Assembly (NCBI GenBank): GCA_963803435.1
Contig: CAWDML010000001.1
Location: forward strand, 2,912,001-2,976,000
Origin: an uncultured delta proteobacterium
Lineage (GTDB): Bacteria; Myxococcota; Kuafuiibacteriia; Kuafuiibacteriales; Kuafuiibacteriaceae
Direction: 5' to 3'
Length of the DNA: 64,000 bases
The first letter of the stretch is position 1; every line of letters starts with the position of its first letter. A program made the translations under genes and the position numbers. The notes beneath the pieces are model-generated. The model did not search any database. It was not told the DNA's origin and saw only the letters and a program-made list of their open reading frames with translations. Below, piece by piece: positions 19,095 through 30,170 of this stretch.

Positions 19095-22000
19095 ATGCTG
19101 CCTGGGTCGCTGCTCCTATTCGCATCGATTCTGGCGACGGCGGGCGGGTTTGAGGGCTACTATCGCGCCCCCGCGATCCACGGAGACACGGTGGTCTTCA
19201 CCGCCGAGGGCGACCTCTGGAAGGTGCCCGCCTCCGGCGGCGAGGCCGATCGGCTCACCGCGCACCCGGACTTCGAATCGTTCGCCGCGATCTCGCCGGA
19301 CGGGCGCTGGCTGGCGTTCACGGGCCGGTACGAGGGTCCGAGCGAGGTCTACATCATGCCGCTGGCCGGGGGCGTACCCAAGCGCCTGACCTATCACGGC
19401 GACCGGTCGGAGGTGGTGGGCTTCACGCCCGACGGCCGCGTCCTCTACCGGACCTCCGCCTACTCCACGCTCCCGAAGGCGCAGCTGGTCGCGATCCGTC
19501 CCGACACGGGGGCGGAGGAGCGGATCCCGCTCTATCAGGCGAGCGACGGCGTGTTCGACCCGAAGACCGGGACGCTCTACTTCGTCCGCTTCGCCAAGCA
19601 AGGCAGCAAGACCAAACGTTATCGCGGCGGCACCGCCCAGCAGATCTGGCGGTTCGATCCCGGCGCGAAGGAGGCCGTCCCGCTGACCGCCGACTTCGCG
19701 GGGACCAGCGAGGACCCGATGCTCGAGGGCGACCGGCTCTACTTCGTGTCGGATCGGGACGGCGTGATGAACCTGTGGTCGATGCGGACGGACGGAGGCG
19801 ACCTCCGCCAGCACACCCACCATCGGGACTTCGACGCCAAGTCGGCCGCCTCGAACGGGGGCCGCATCGTGTATCAACAGGGCGCCGACCTCCGCCTGTA
19901 CGACATCGCGAGCGGCCGCGATCAGAAGATCCCGATCCGGCTTGCCTCGGATCTCGACCACATGCGGGAGAAGTGGGTGAAGGCGCCCATCGAGTTCCTC
20001 ACGTCTGCGTCCCCCTCACCCGACGGAGACCGGGTGGCGCTCACCGCGCGCGGCCAGATCTTTGTGGCGCCGGTCGGACCGGGCCGGCTGGTCGACACCA
20101 CGCGCCGGCCCAACGTCCGCTTCCGCGAGGCGCAGTTCTTCCCCGACGGCAAGTCGCTCTTCGCGGTCTCGGATCAGAGCGGTGAGCTCGAGTTCTGGCG
20201 CATTCCCGCGGACGGGATTGGGAAGATCGAGCGGCTCACCGAGAACGAGCCGGCCTTTCTCTTCGGCGGCCAGGTCTCTCCGGACGGACGGCTGCTGGCG
20301 TACGTCTCGCTCGACCAGCGGTTGTGGCTGTACGACCTGAAGAGCCGGCTCCGAAAGAAGATCGGCGAGTCCGGGACGCCGGGCAACTTCTCCGATCTCG
20401 CCTGGTCGCCCGACTCGAAGTGGCTCGCGTACTCGATCACCGGCTCGAACCTGTTCGAGCGAATCGAGATTTACTCGGTGGACCGCGGGAAGAGCGTCCC
20501 GATCACGAGCGACCGCGTCGACAGCTATGGCCCGGTGTTCGAGCCCAACGGTGAGTGGCTGTACTTCCTCTCGGATCGGCGCTTCGTGTCGAAGGTCCCG
20601 TCGCCCTGGGGCCCGCGAGCGCCTGAGCCGTACCTCGATCGGGCCACCGAGGTCTATCTGGTGCCGCTGGTCTCGGGTCTCCGCTCGCCGTTCGCTCCGA
20701 AGAACGAGCTGGTGAAGAAGGAGAAGGACGGTGACCAGGACGAGAAGAAGAAGGAGGAGGAGAAGAAGAGGAAGAGGAAGAAGGAGGTCACGGTCCACAT
20801 CGACTTGGGCGGGATCGCGGACCGCATCGTGAAGGCGCCGGTCGAGGCCGGGAACTATTCGAAGCTCCGGATCGGCGAGGACCTGCTCTTCCTCCTCACC
20901 CGGAAGGACGCGTTCCGACAGGACGACCAGAAGCAGACGCTCTCCAGCTACCCGATCACGGACGACCCCAAGAAGCAGAAGCTCGCCACCGTGCTGGCCG
21001 ACGTCAAAGACTACGAGCTCACCCGCGATCGCAAGAAGCTGATGGTCGCGAAGGGCAAGGACATCCTCGTCTTCGACGCCAAGGGCGAGGCGCCCGCCAA
21101 GCCGAACGAGGCCAAGGTCGATCTCTCGCGCTGGATCTTCTCGCTCGATCCTCGGCTAGAGTGGCGCCAGATCTTCGTCGAGGCCTGGCGGCTCGAGCGC
21201 GACTACTTCTACGACACGCACATGAACGGCCTCGACTGGAAGCGCGTTCTCACCAAATACCTCCCGCTGGTCGAGCGGGTCAGCGATCGCGGCGAGCTCT
21301 CGGATCTGATCGGGGAGATGGTGGGCGAGCTCTCCGCGCTCCACATCTTCGTCTTCGGAGGCGACTTCCGGGCCGGCAACGACAAGATCATGCCGGCGTC
21401 CCTGGGTGCCCGGCTGGCCCGCGCGCCGGGCGGTGCGCTCTCCGTCGAGCACATCTACGCCAGCGATCCGGTCTATCCGGAGAAGCGGGCTCCGCTCTCA
21501 CGCCCGGGCGTCGAGGCCGAGCCGGGCGACCTGATCCTGGCGATCGACGGCGTCCCCACGGCGAGCCTGCCCGACCCGCGGGCCGCCCTCCGCAACAAGG
21601 CACACGCGCAGGTTCGCCTGCAGATCGAGTCGAAGCGCACGGGCAAGACCAAGGACGTCATCGTGGAGCCGATCTCGCCCGAGGAGGACTTCGATCTCCG
21701 CTACGGCGAGTGGGAGTACAGCCGGCGGATCGAGGTGGAGGAGAAGACGAAGGGCCGCGTCGGCTACGTGCATCTGCGGGCGATGGGCGGGCAGGACTAC
21801 CAGGCCTGGGCGCGCGACTTCTTCCCGGTCTTCGACCGCGAGGGCCTGATCATCGACGTCCGCAACAACCGGGGCGGCAACATCGACAGCTGGATCCTCT
21901 CGCGGCTGCTCCGCAAGGCCTGGTTCTACTGGCAACCCCGGACCGGCCAGCCGATCTGGAACATGCAGTATGCCTTCCGCGGCCACCTGGTCGTCCTGGT

Positions 22001-22361
22001 CGACGAGCAGACGTCGTCGGACGGGGAGGCCTTCGCGGAGGGCTTCCGGCGGCTGGGCCTGGGCAAGGTGATCGGCACCCGCACCTGGGGCGGAGAGATC
22101 TGGTTGTCGATGGACAACTGGCTGGTCGATCGCGGGATCGCTTCGGCGGCGGAGACCGGCGTGTACGCGCCCGAGGGCACCTGGTTGATCGAAGGGCACG
22201 GCGTCGATCCGGACCTCGTCGTCGACGATCTGCCCCACGCCACCTTCGAGGGCCACGACGCGCAGCTCGACGCCGCCATCGAGCACGTGATGGCGCGCAT
22301 CGCGGCGGAGCCGATCCCCGTTCCACCGCACCCGCGCTATCCCGACAAGCGGTTGAAGTGA
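19095..22361 (+). CDS. Tricorn protease homolog (S41B)
   Basis: Signal peptide, PD40-type propeller repeats (SPDG), PDZ region, DVRNNRGG, SSDGEAF, GTRTWGG, IEGHGVDPD. Confidence 0.92.
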   Translation: MLPGSLLLFASILATAGGFEGYYRAPAIHGDTVVFTAEGDLWKVPASGGEADRLTAHPDFESFAAISPDGRWLAFTGRYEGPSEVYIMPLAGGVPKRLTYHGDRSEVVGFTPDGRVLYRTSAYSTLPKAQLVAIRPDTGAEERIPLYQASDGVFDPKTGTLYFVRFAKQGSKTKRYRGGTAQQIWRFDPGAKEAVPLTADFAGTSEDPMLEGDRLYFVSDRDGVMNLWSMRTDGGDLRQHTHHRDFDAKSAASNGGRIVYQQGADLRLYDIASGRDQKIPIRLASDLDHMREKWVKAPIEFLTSASPSPDGDRVALTARGQIFVAPVGPGRLVDTTRRPNVRFREAQFFPDGKSLFAVSDQSGELEFWRIPADGIGKIERLTENEPAFLFGGQVSPDGRLLAYVSLDQRLWLYDLKSRLRKKIGESGTPGNFSDLAWSPDSKWLAYSITGSNLFERIEIYSVDRGKSVPITSDRVDSYGPVFEPNGEWLYFLSDRRFVSKVPSPWGPRAPEPYLDRATEVYLVPLVSGLRSPFAPKNELVKKEKDGDQDEKKKEEEKKRKRKKEVTVHIDLGGIADRIVKAPVEAGNYSKLRIGEDLLFLLTRKDAFRQDDQKQTLSSYPITDDPKKQKLATVLADVKDYELTRDRKKLMVAKGKDILVFDAKGEAPAKPNEAKVDLSRWIFSLDPRLEWRQIFVEAWRLERDYFYDTHMNGLDWKRVLTKYLPLVERVSDRGELSDLIGEMVGELSALHIFVFGGDFRAGNDKIMPASLGARLARAPGGALSVEHIYASDPVYPEKRAPLSRPGVEAEPGDLILAIDGVPTASLPDPRAALRNKAHAQVRLQIESKRTGKTKDVIVEPISPEEDFDLRYGEWEYSRRIEVEEKTKGRVGYVHLRAMGGQDYQAWARDFFPVFDREGLIIDVRNNRGGNIDSWILSRLLRKAWFYWQPRTGQPIWNMQYAFRGHLVVLVDEQTSSDGEAFAEGFRRLGLGKVIGTRTWGGEIWLSMDNWLVDRGIASAAETGVYAPEGTWLIEGHGVDPDLVVDDLPHATFEGHDAQLDAAIEHVMARIAAEPIPVPPHPRYPDKRLK

Positions 22362-22427
22362 CAGGCGATCCCGAGCGAGTGGTGGCGCTCCTTTCGCCGT
22401 GCTACGCCCGGTGCTCCAGGAGGAAAA

Positions 22428-22943
22428 ATGAGGAGCAGGTGGACACTTCCGATCGTCGCCCTCGTCCTCGGTACGACCGCCACCGCGGTCGCTGCCAAGG
22501 TTGGCGACACTCTCTTCGTCAAAGCGAAGAACACCAAGGTGGTGGCGAAGGCTTCGCCGACCGCCAACGTGATCGCGGTGCTTCAACCCGGTGACGAGGT
22601 CGTCTGGAAGGGCGCGGACAAGAAGCAGAAGCGCTGGCACAAGGTCAGCGTCGGTGGGAAGAACGGGCTCGTCTTCCAGTCGAACCTGACCACTCAGAAG
22701 CCGAGCATGGAGGTGGTCGGGACCAGCGGCGAGCAGGTCGACGCCAAGGCCTTCGCCAGCTCGGGCGCAGCCACCAAGGCGCTGGGACCGGGCGCCAAGC
22801 AGTACGGTGAAAAGAAGAACCTCCAGGAGACCGTGGCGCAGATCGAGAAGCTCGAGAAGCAGTCCAAGGAGATCACCACCAAGGATCTCGCGCAGCACGA
22901 GAAGAAGAACGGCCTGTTCCCGGTCGTGGGAGGCGATCAATGA
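22428..22943 (+). CDS. Secreted SH3-domain protein
   Basis: AGGAGG RBS; signal peptide; SH3b-like VIAVLQPGDEV..W..V..GLV; conserved-looking ASSGAATKAL. Confidence 0.65.
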   Translation: MRSRWTLPIVALVLGTTATAVAAKVGDTLFVKAKNTKVVAKASPTANVIAVLQPGDEVVWKGADKKQKRWHKVSVGGKNGLVFQSNLTTQKPSMEVVGTSGEQVDAKAFASSGAATKALGPGAKQYGEKKNLQETVAQIEKLEKQSKEITTKDLAQHEKKNGLFPVVGGDQ

Positions 22944-23923
22944 TCCGTCGCGACGTCTGGGCGTTTGCCGGTGCGGCCACCTTCGTGGGCGCCGTGATCA
23001 GCTGCGGCGTGGTCTCGAAGGTCGTGCCCAGCTCGAACAACACGCAGCTCGCCAAGGACATGGTGGAGACCGCCAGCCGGTCCGCCGAGTGCGAGAAGCT
23101 GCGCAAGCTCCAGGTCTCGTACGACGAGGAGGTGGCGCTGGGCGGCGCCGTCGCGGTCAACGTGGTGGGCTCGCACGGCGGCCTGATGATCGGAGACAAA
23201 GGGACACCCGAGTACGAGCTGACGCGCTACGTGAACATGGTCGGTAAGAACCTGGCGGCCCAGTCGTCCCGCCCCACGCTCGACTGGACGTTCGGCGTCC
23301 TCGACTCCGACGAGTTCAACGCGTTCGCCGCCCCGGGCGGGTACGTGTTCGTGACCAAGGGCCTGCTCGCGCAGGTGGACACCGAGGCGCAGCTGGCCGG
23401 CGTGCTTGGACACGAGATCTCGCACGTCACCGGACGCCACGCCCTCAACGTGTACTCGAGCGTGAAGGCCAACCAGTGTCAGGTGGCGCTCGCCGCCAAG
23501 GCCGGAGGCGAGCTGGCGGCGCAGGTGTCCGGGTTCCAGGGCGCGCTCGACAGCCCGATCGGGTACATCGACCTGAACGCCGTCGGGAACCTCGACATCC
23601 TCTCGCAGCTCGTCGACAAGATGGTCGAGTCGATCACGACGCAGGGGTACGCGCACTCGGACGAGTTCATGGCAGACCAGACGTCCGCGTCGCTGGTGCT
23701 CGACGCCGGCTACGACCCCGACGAGTTCGTGGCGTTTCTCGGCAAGATCCCGCAGACCAAGGGCGGCCTCTTCTCCAGCCACCCCAAGACCGAGGAGCGG
23801 CAGAGCAAGCTGGGCGAGTGGAAGAGCGAGACCGGGAAGTCGAGCGATCCCTTCGCCGTGAATCCGGACGCCAAGGACCTCAAGACCGTGCCGATCAAGG
23901 GTCAGCTCAAGCCGATCAAGTGA
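22940..23923 (+). CDS. M48 family zinc metalloprotease lipoprotein
   Basis: NAFAAPGGYVFVTKGLL, LAGVLGHEISH (HExxH), EFMAD, SSHP..R; lipobox VISC; ATGA overlap. Confidence 0.88.
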   Translation: MIRRDVWAFAGAATFVGAVISCGVVSKVVPSSNNTQLAKDMVETASRSAECEKLRKLQVSYDEEVALGGAVAVNVVGSHGGLMIGDKGTPEYELTRYVNMVGKNLAAQSSRPTLDWTFGVLDSDEFNAFAAPGGYVFVTKGLLAQVDTEAQLAGVLGHEISHVTGRHALNVYSSVKANQCQVALAAKAGGELAAQVSGFQGALDSPIGYIDLNAVGNLDILSQLVDKMVESITTQGYAHSDEFMADQTSASLVLDAGYDPDEFVAFLGKIPQTKGGLFSSHPKTEERQSKLGEWKSETGKSSDPFAVNPDAKDLKTVPIKGQLKPIK

Positions 23924-23930
23924 GCCACGC

Positions 23931-25241
23931 TCACGCGGCTGCGAAGGCCTCGCGCGTCAGGTTGCGCACGTTGGCCCGGCTGCTCTTCGGCTGCACCACC
24001 ACGTTGTCCTCGACCCGGATGCCGCCGTAGGGGCGGAGGGCGTCGATCTTCTGCCAATCGACCATGCCGGCGTGCGCGGAGGCCTTGAGCTCGTCGAGGA
24101 GCGTGTCGATGAAATAGACGCCCGGCTCGATCGTGAACAGCTGCCCGGGCTCGATCGTCCGGGTGTTCCGGAGGAACGGGTTGTTCGCCTTCGGCGCCTT
24201 CTTGCGGCAACCGACGTCGTGGACCTGGATCCCGAGCGAGTGGCCGAGCCCGTGCGGATAGAGCTTGCGCGTGACGCCGCACTCCACGCAGGCCTCGGCG
24301 CTGGCGGTGGCGATGCCCAGCTCGATCAGGACGCCGGCGAGCTCGTAGTGAGAGTCGTCGTGGAGCTGCTCGTACGGCATCCCCACCGCGATCTTCGACA
24401 CGATCCGCTGCTGGAGCGCCTCCATGCCCTGGAGCAGCTCGGCGAAGAGGCTCCGGTCGGCCGCGTACGTCCGCGTGATGTCGCTGGGGTAGCCGAGGTG
24501 GCTCGCGCCCGCGTCGATCAGGAACGACTTCGCACCGGGGACGTCACGGTAGGTGACGTGGTGGAGGATCGCGCCCGCATCACCCAGCGCGACGATGTTC
24601 TTGTACGGCGTGTCGGCATCGTCCTGGCGGGTGGCCTCGAGAAAACGCAGGTGCAGGCCGAGCTCCGATCGCTCGCCGGCGGCGAACGCCTCGGCCGCAG
24701 CACGATGCCCGCGGGCGCCGGTCCGGCTCGCCTCGGCGTGACACTCGATCTCGTAGGGCGTCTTGAACACGCGCAGGTCGTGCAGGCGGTCGATCAGGCC
24801 CGGCGGATTGGTGCGCTCGATCCCGAGCAGCTTGGCCGGCCCCGTCCCCTCGCCGATGAACGCCGTCTTGGGGGTCGGGCCGACCGCCCTCTTGAGGTCC
24901 TCTTCGTTCGAGACCTCGACGAGCTCGAGCCCCTCGCGGATCAAGGACCAGTCGGGCTCCGCCGGACGCTCCCAGAAGCTGAGATCGCGAAGAACGATCA
25001 ACCGCGGCGATCGCTGCTTCGAGAGGTGGAGCACGCAGTCGGGCCAGCGCACCGGAGCCCAGTACGAGAACATGGGCACCGGGTTCATCGCCCAGAATTG
25101 ATCGTCGTAGGACGACCGAAGGGCCAGGCTCCCGGAGTGGATGGCGACGGCGTCGAGGCCCTCAGCCTCCAACGCCTGCACGAATCCCTTGGTGAGTGTG
25201 ACCACGTGCTCAGCGTAGAGCGCTCTCAGGTCGGTGCGCAT
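23931..25241 (-). CDS. pepQ: Xaa-Pro dipeptidase (prolidase)
   Basis: KTPYEIEC, PYKNIVAL...AILH, LIDAGA, SDITRT, PHGLGHSLGIQVHDVG, TIEPGVYF, GGIRVED. Confidence 0.9.
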   Translation of the reverse strand: MRTDLRALYAEHVVTLTKGFVQALEAEGLDAVAIHSGSLALRSSYDDQFWAMNPVPMFSYWAPVRWPDCVLHLSKQRSPRLIVLRDLSFWERPAEPDWSLIREGLELVEVSNEEDLKRAVGPTPKTAFIGEGTGPAKLLGIERTNPPGLIDRLHDLRVFKTPYEIECHAEASRTGARGHRAAAEAFAAGERSELGLHLRFLEATRQDDADTPYKNIVALGDAGAILHHVTYRDVPGAKSFLIDAGASHLGYPSDITRTYAADRSLFAELLQGMEALQQRIVSKIAVGMPYEQLHDDSHYELAGVLIELGIATASAEACVECGVTRKLYPHGLGHSLGIQVHDVGCRKKAPKANNPFLRNTRTIEPGQLFTIEPGVYFIDTLLDELKASAHAGMVDWQKIDALRPYGGIRVEDNVVVQPKSSRANVRNLTREAFAAA

Positions 25242-25282
25242 TGGGCGTACCATCCGTTTCGCGTAAGCTTCGGTCAAGGATC

Positions 25283-27946
25283 ATGCTGGGGAAGCCGCTG
25301 TTCGCACTGACTGCGCTCGCGGCCGCCGGATGTGTCCCAACTCGGCGTGCCGAGCTCGACCTCTCGGCGAACGAGGTGGCGGTCGGCGCGATCCTCGAGC
25401 GCGGCCACGGACAAGGCCTGCTGATCACCTCGACCACCTCGATCCCGTTGTCCTTCGGAGACGAGACGGAGATGGTTCTGTGGCGAGCGCGCACCTCCGA
25501 CTTCCTCCACGAAGACCGCGCGCCGATCACACCCGCGGAGCTCGCCGGTGTTCGCGTGCGCATCGGCGATCAGGCGGCCGACGGCGCGTACGGGCGCTGC
25601 CAGCGGTGCATCGGAGGCGCGACCGGCCGACCTCAGGCGGTCTTCTCCGGCGACAGCTGCGAGCCCCCTCCGTTCCTCGCCGAAGACCTGATCGTGATCC
25701 GGCGCGAGAACGGAGACGTGGTCACCGAGCAGGGCGACGCGATCGGGCCGGATGATCGGATGCGGGCAGAGGAGGTCCGTAAGGCGATCCGGATGGACTG
25801 GCCCGGCCCCTGCGCGTGCGAAGACGTCGACCTCGCGCACCGCTCGGAGGTCACGTACGACTTCGATCCCGCCGACCCCTCGCTCGACGCGTGGCCGTTC
25901 GAGCGCTGGGCGGTACACCCGGACGGAACCGTCGGCGGCTTCAGCGAGCGCCGCTTCGTGGTGATCGATCCGTCGGGCGCGCGGCGCGACTACCACGTCC
26001 CCGCGTCGCTGCGCGAAAACCTGGGCCCGGTTCTGACTGCGGTGGCGATCACGTACCGAGGCCGTCCCGCCTTCGTGATCGCCGCGTCGTCGCTCGGCCT
26101 GGTCGAGGAGCAGGACTACTACCTCCTGGTCGAGACGAGCCCCGAGATCAGCGTGACCCTCGTCGATCCGAGAGCGCCCGAGTTCAGGCCCTACCGTTTC
26201 AAGTCGATCGACAGCTCCAGCTTCTGGATGCTTGGAGGGCTGGAGGACCACACCTTCCGCGCCCAGCACGGCGCCTTCTACGAGTGCCGGATCACCGACA
26301 TCGACTTGAGCTGCACCCTCGCGGGTCAGATCGCCAGCGACTGCTCCACCGACAAGCAGCAGATCAACGACCTGGAGATGATCGACGATCGGCGGCTCGC
26401 CGGGACGCTCAAGGAGAACGGGCTGCTGGTGGGGACGCGCGACGGCCCAAACGGCACCTGGCAGCTCGGATGCGTCGACAACGTCACGTTCGTGACGCAC
26501 GGGACTCCGTACCCGATCGACTTCGCCACGCTCGGCGGCGCCGCGGCCTTTCCCAACGGCCGCGTCTTCGCCTGCGTCATCGCCGACGGAAACAGAGCGT
26601 TGCTCACGGCCGACTTCGCGGGGGCCTCCTCGCTCGAGGCCATGACGGACGACGTCACCTGGACGCTCGCGCTCGACCTCCCCGGCCGGTTCGGCGTCCC
26701 CTGCGAGGACTTCGTGCCGGGGCCGGGACCCGATCAGGCCACAATCGTCACCTCGCTTCAGGCCGTCGGCGTCTGCAACCGCGACGGGACCTGCACCAGC
26801 TCGGCCGCCTCCGACTTCACCGGCATACCCGCGCCGATGAGCCTGAGCCGCCCCGTGGAGGGGTGGACGCTGGCGACGTTCTTCGGCGCGTCGCTCCTCA
26901 GCCAGGCCACCCAGGTCTGGCGGCGCCCCGACGGCGGAGCGTTCGAGCGGATCCTCGGCCCCGAGCGCTTCGATCCCACGCCGGCCACTCCGCTGTTCCT
27001 CGGACACGACGGCGCCGCCCGCCGGATCGATGCCGGCGCCATCATTCGTTTGAAACGAACTCCAGAAGGCCGGGTGGAGACCTCGACGATCGTCCTCCCC
27101 GACTTCCACGACTACGTCTACGACGCCGCGCCCGATCATACGGACGGCTCGTTCGTTTTGATCTCTACGGCCTACGATGCCACCGCGCAGGGCTACACAC
27201 CGTTGATCTACCGGGCCTGGGAGGACCCGCCGCGAGTGGAGCTGATCGACCAGCTCCCACCGGCGCGCGGGCCCGGTTGCGAGACGACCACGCTGGGGCG
27301 GATCGTGGAGGCCGCGCCCGGCGAGCACATCGCCACCAACCCGTGCGGCGCCGTGGTTCGAATCACGCACGACAGCGTCGAGACGCTCGAGCCGATCTGG
27401 GACGACTTTGAGACGCCCGAGCTCGAGGTCCGACCCGAGACGATCGCGCTGGTGTCCCTGACGGCTTCACACGGGGTGGTCTGGATCGGCGGATCCGCGG
27501 GGCTGCTCTTGCGCGTGTTCGGGTCGGAGGCCCGCCGCTTCTCGCTCGCGCGCGAGCCGAGCGACGAAGGCTACCGGCTCGGCTGGACCAACGGCCCGGT
27601 GTCGGGCCTCCGCGCGTTCTGCCCCGATCGCCTCCTCTTCGGCTCGGGCCCCCAGTACTATCGGACCGTCCCGCCGGTGGCCCAATACCAACTCGAGGTC
27701 GCGCCGTTGCCGCCGCTGGCGGCGACCGCGGTGGCCCTCCGTTCCCTCTTCCGGCGGGAGCCGCACGCGATCCTGGGCGCAGCCGATCGGTATGTGATCC
27801 TCACCGAGGGCGCCTGGGCCCTGCAGTACGAGCGAACGCCGCTTCGCTCCCTGATCGTTCCGTTCGACACGGTGGAGGATCGCGAGGGCATCCTCTGGTT
27901 GGGAGGCACCGATCGTCGCCTGGTGCTCGCTCACCCCCGGCAGTAG
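25283..27946 (+). CDS. Large hypothetical lipoprotein, probably beta-propeller
   Basis: Lipobox AAGC; beta-rich sequence with VWIGG/LWLGG blade-like motifs and scattered Cys. Confidence 0.6.
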   Translation: MLGKPLFALTALAAAGCVPTRRAELDLSANEVAVGAILERGHGQGLLITSTTSIPLSFGDETEMVLWRARTSDFLHEDRAPITPAELAGVRVRIGDQAADGAYGRCQRCIGGATGRPQAVFSGDSCEPPPFLAEDLIVIRRENGDVVTEQGDAIGPDDRMRAEEVRKAIRMDWPGPCACEDVDLAHRSEVTYDFDPADPSLDAWPFERWAVHPDGTVGGFSERRFVVIDPSGARRDYHVPASLRENLGPVLTAVAITYRGRPAFVIAASSLGLVEEQDYYLLVETSPEISVTLVDPRAPEFRPYRFKSIDSSSFWMLGGLEDHTFRAQHGAFYECRITDIDLSCTLAGQIASDCSTDKQQINDLEMIDDRRLAGTLKENGLLVGTRDGPNGTWQLGCVDNVTFVTHGTPYPIDFATLGGAAAFPNGRVFACVIADGNRALLTADFAGASSLEAMTDDVTWTLALDLPGRFGVPCEDFVPGPGPDQATIVTSLQAVGVCNRDGTCTSSAASDFTGIPAPMSLSRPVEGWTLATFFGASLLSQATQVWRRPDGGAFERILGPERFDPTPATPLFLGHDGAARRIDAGAIIRLKRTPEGRVETSTIVLPDFHDYVYDAAPDHTDGSFVLISTAYDATAQGYTPLIYRAWEDPPRVELIDQLPPARGPGCETTTLGRIVEAAPGEHIATNPCGAVVRITHDSVETLEPIWDDFETPELEVRPETIALVSLTASHGVVWIGGSAGLLLRVFGSEARRFSLAREPSDEGYRLGWTNGPVSGLRAFCPDRLLFGSGPQYYRTVPPVAQYQLEVAPLPPLAATAVALRSLFRREPHAILGAADRYVILTEGAWALQYERTPLRSLIVPFDTVEDREGILWLGGTDRRLVLAHPRQ

Positions 27947-27957
27947 CCTGCGGCGCG

Positions 27958-30082
27958 ATGGCAGCGACCCACTTCCGGACCTGCAACCTATGCGAAGCGA
28001 TGTGCGGCCTCTCGATCACGGTCGAGGACGACCGCGTCACCGACATCCGTGGTGACGATGACGATCCGCTGAGCCGTGGCCACATCTGTCCCAAGGCGGT
28101 CGCGCTCAAGGACATCCACGAGGATCCGGATCGGCTCAAGCGTCCCCTCAAGCGAGACGGCACGCGCTGGATCGAGATCGGATGGGACGAGGCGTTCGAG
28201 CTGGCGGGCCGCCGGCTGGGCGAGATCCGCGACCGCGACGGACGACACGCGATCGCGTTCTATCAAGGCAACCCGACCGTTCACAACCACGGCACGATCC
28301 TCTACGCCCAGTTCTTCGGGAAGACGCTGGGCACGCGCAACAAGTACTCTGCGACCTCGCTCGACCAGCTGCCTCACATGCTGGCCTCGCTGGAGATGTT
28401 CGGACACCAAGCGCTCCTGCCGGTCCCCGACGTCGACCGCACGCGCTTCTTCCTAATGTTCGGTGCCAACCCGGTCATCTCCAACGGCAGCTTGATGACG
28501 GCACCGGGGATCGAGCGGCGGATGAAGGCGATCCGCGAGCGCGGGGGAGAGATCGTGGTCGTCGATCCGCGCCGCACCGAGACCGCCGAAGCGGCCACCG
28601 AGCACGTGTTCATACGCCCGGGCACCGACGCCCTCCTCATGGCGGCGATGATCCACACCATCCTCGAGGCGCGCGGTCCCCGCCTGGGACACCTCGCGAG
28701 CTTCACCGACGGCGTCGAGCGCCTCCAGACCGCCATCGCGCGGTTCTCGCCCGAGCGCGTCGCCTCCTCCGTTCAGATCGACGCCGCAAGGATCCGGGCC
28801 CTCGCGCTCCGCTTTCACGACGCAGAGCCGGCCATCGCGTACGGCCGCGTCGGCGTCTCCACGCAGGAGTTCGGCGGTCTGTGCGGCTGGCTGATCAACG
28901 CGCTCAACGTCATCACCGGCAACCTCGATCGGGCCGGTCGGATCCATGTTCACCAAACCGGCGATCGACACGGTGGCGCTGGCGAGCACGCTCGGCCTGA
29001 AGGGCAGCTACGGTCGCCGCCACAGCCGCGTGCGAAACCTCCCAGAGTTCGGCGGCGAGCTGCCGGTGGCGGCCCTCGCCGACGAGATCCTCACGCCGGG
29101 CCAGGATCAGATCCGCGGGTTGGTGACCTCGGCCGGCAACCCGGTGCTCTCCTCACCGAACGGCCGCAAGCTCGACAAGGCCCTCGCCTCACTCGAGTTC
29201 ATGGTCGCGATCGACATCTACCTGAACGAGACCACGCGGCACGCGCACCTGATCCTCCCTCCCACCTTCGCGCTCGAGCACGACCACTACGATCTCGCGT
29301 TCCATCTCCTCAGCGTCCGCAACACGGCGAAGTACGGCCCGGCCATCTTCCCCAAGCCGCCGGACGCGCGCGACGACTGGGAGATCTTCGTCGAGCTGAT
29401 GGCGCGCCTGCGCCGTCCCAGGAACCTCCTGGATCGCGTGACGGGCCCCGTGCAGCTGGCGCTGCTGCGCCGCGGACCCCGCCGGATTCTCGATCTTGGC
29501 CTTCGATTCGGTCCCCACCGGTTGAGCCTGAAGTCGGTGGAGCAGAAGCCGCACGGGATCGATCTCGGGCCGCTCGAGCCGTGTTTGCCGAAGCGTCTCC
29601 AGAACGACCGGAAACGGATCGAGCTGGCGCCGGCCCTCTACCTCCGCGATCTGGATCGCCTCCATGCGCGCCTGACCCGAACGGCGACCGACGGTGCCCT
29701 CTCGCTGATCGGCCGCCGCGAGCTGAGGACGAACAACTCCTGGATGCACAACAGCCGGCGCATGGTGAAGGGCAAGGTCCGCTGCACCCTCAGGATGCAC
29801 CCGGAGGACGCGAAGGCTCGCGGCTGCGCAGACGGCGAGCGCGTTCGGCTCGAATCGGCGTCGGGCGCGCTCGAAGTGTTGCTCGAGGTGAGCGACGAGA
29901 TGATGCCCGGCGTGGTGTGCCTTCCGCACGGCTGGGGGCACAATCGGGAGGGCATCCGACTCCAGGTGGCGGGGGCCCACGCGGGCGAGAGCATCAACGA
30001 CGTCACGGACGACGCGCTGATCGACGAGCTGTCGGGGACGATCCGGTTCAGTGACGTGCCGGTGACCGTGCGCCCTCTGTGA
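27958..30082 (+). CDS. Molybdopterin (bis-MGD) oxidoreductase with N-terminal 4Fe-4S; frameshift at ~28939
   Basis: CNLCEAMC...CPK, GANPVISNGS, VVVDPRRTETA, IRPGTDA, then DIYLNET, GRR..NNSWMHN, HPEDA, PHGWG. Removing one base in GGTCGGATCC joins the frames. No Tat signal. Confidence 0.88.
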
Positions 30083-30170
30083 CCGCCCCCGCGCCACGAT
30101 GTGAGGGATCACAACCCGGTCAGTCGGCGGCGGGACAATCGGGGGGACCGTCGCTAAGCTGACCAGCGCG

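Noticed and set aside
3435-28945. Frameshifts at ~3440, ~6169/~6335, ~11755, ~15228 and ~28939 as programmed frameshifting, phase variation or pseudogenes
   Set aside because: Each is a one-base indel in an unrelated gene with both halves intact, no slippery heptamer and no other decay. Sequencing or assembly error is the simplest explanation; raw reads would decide.
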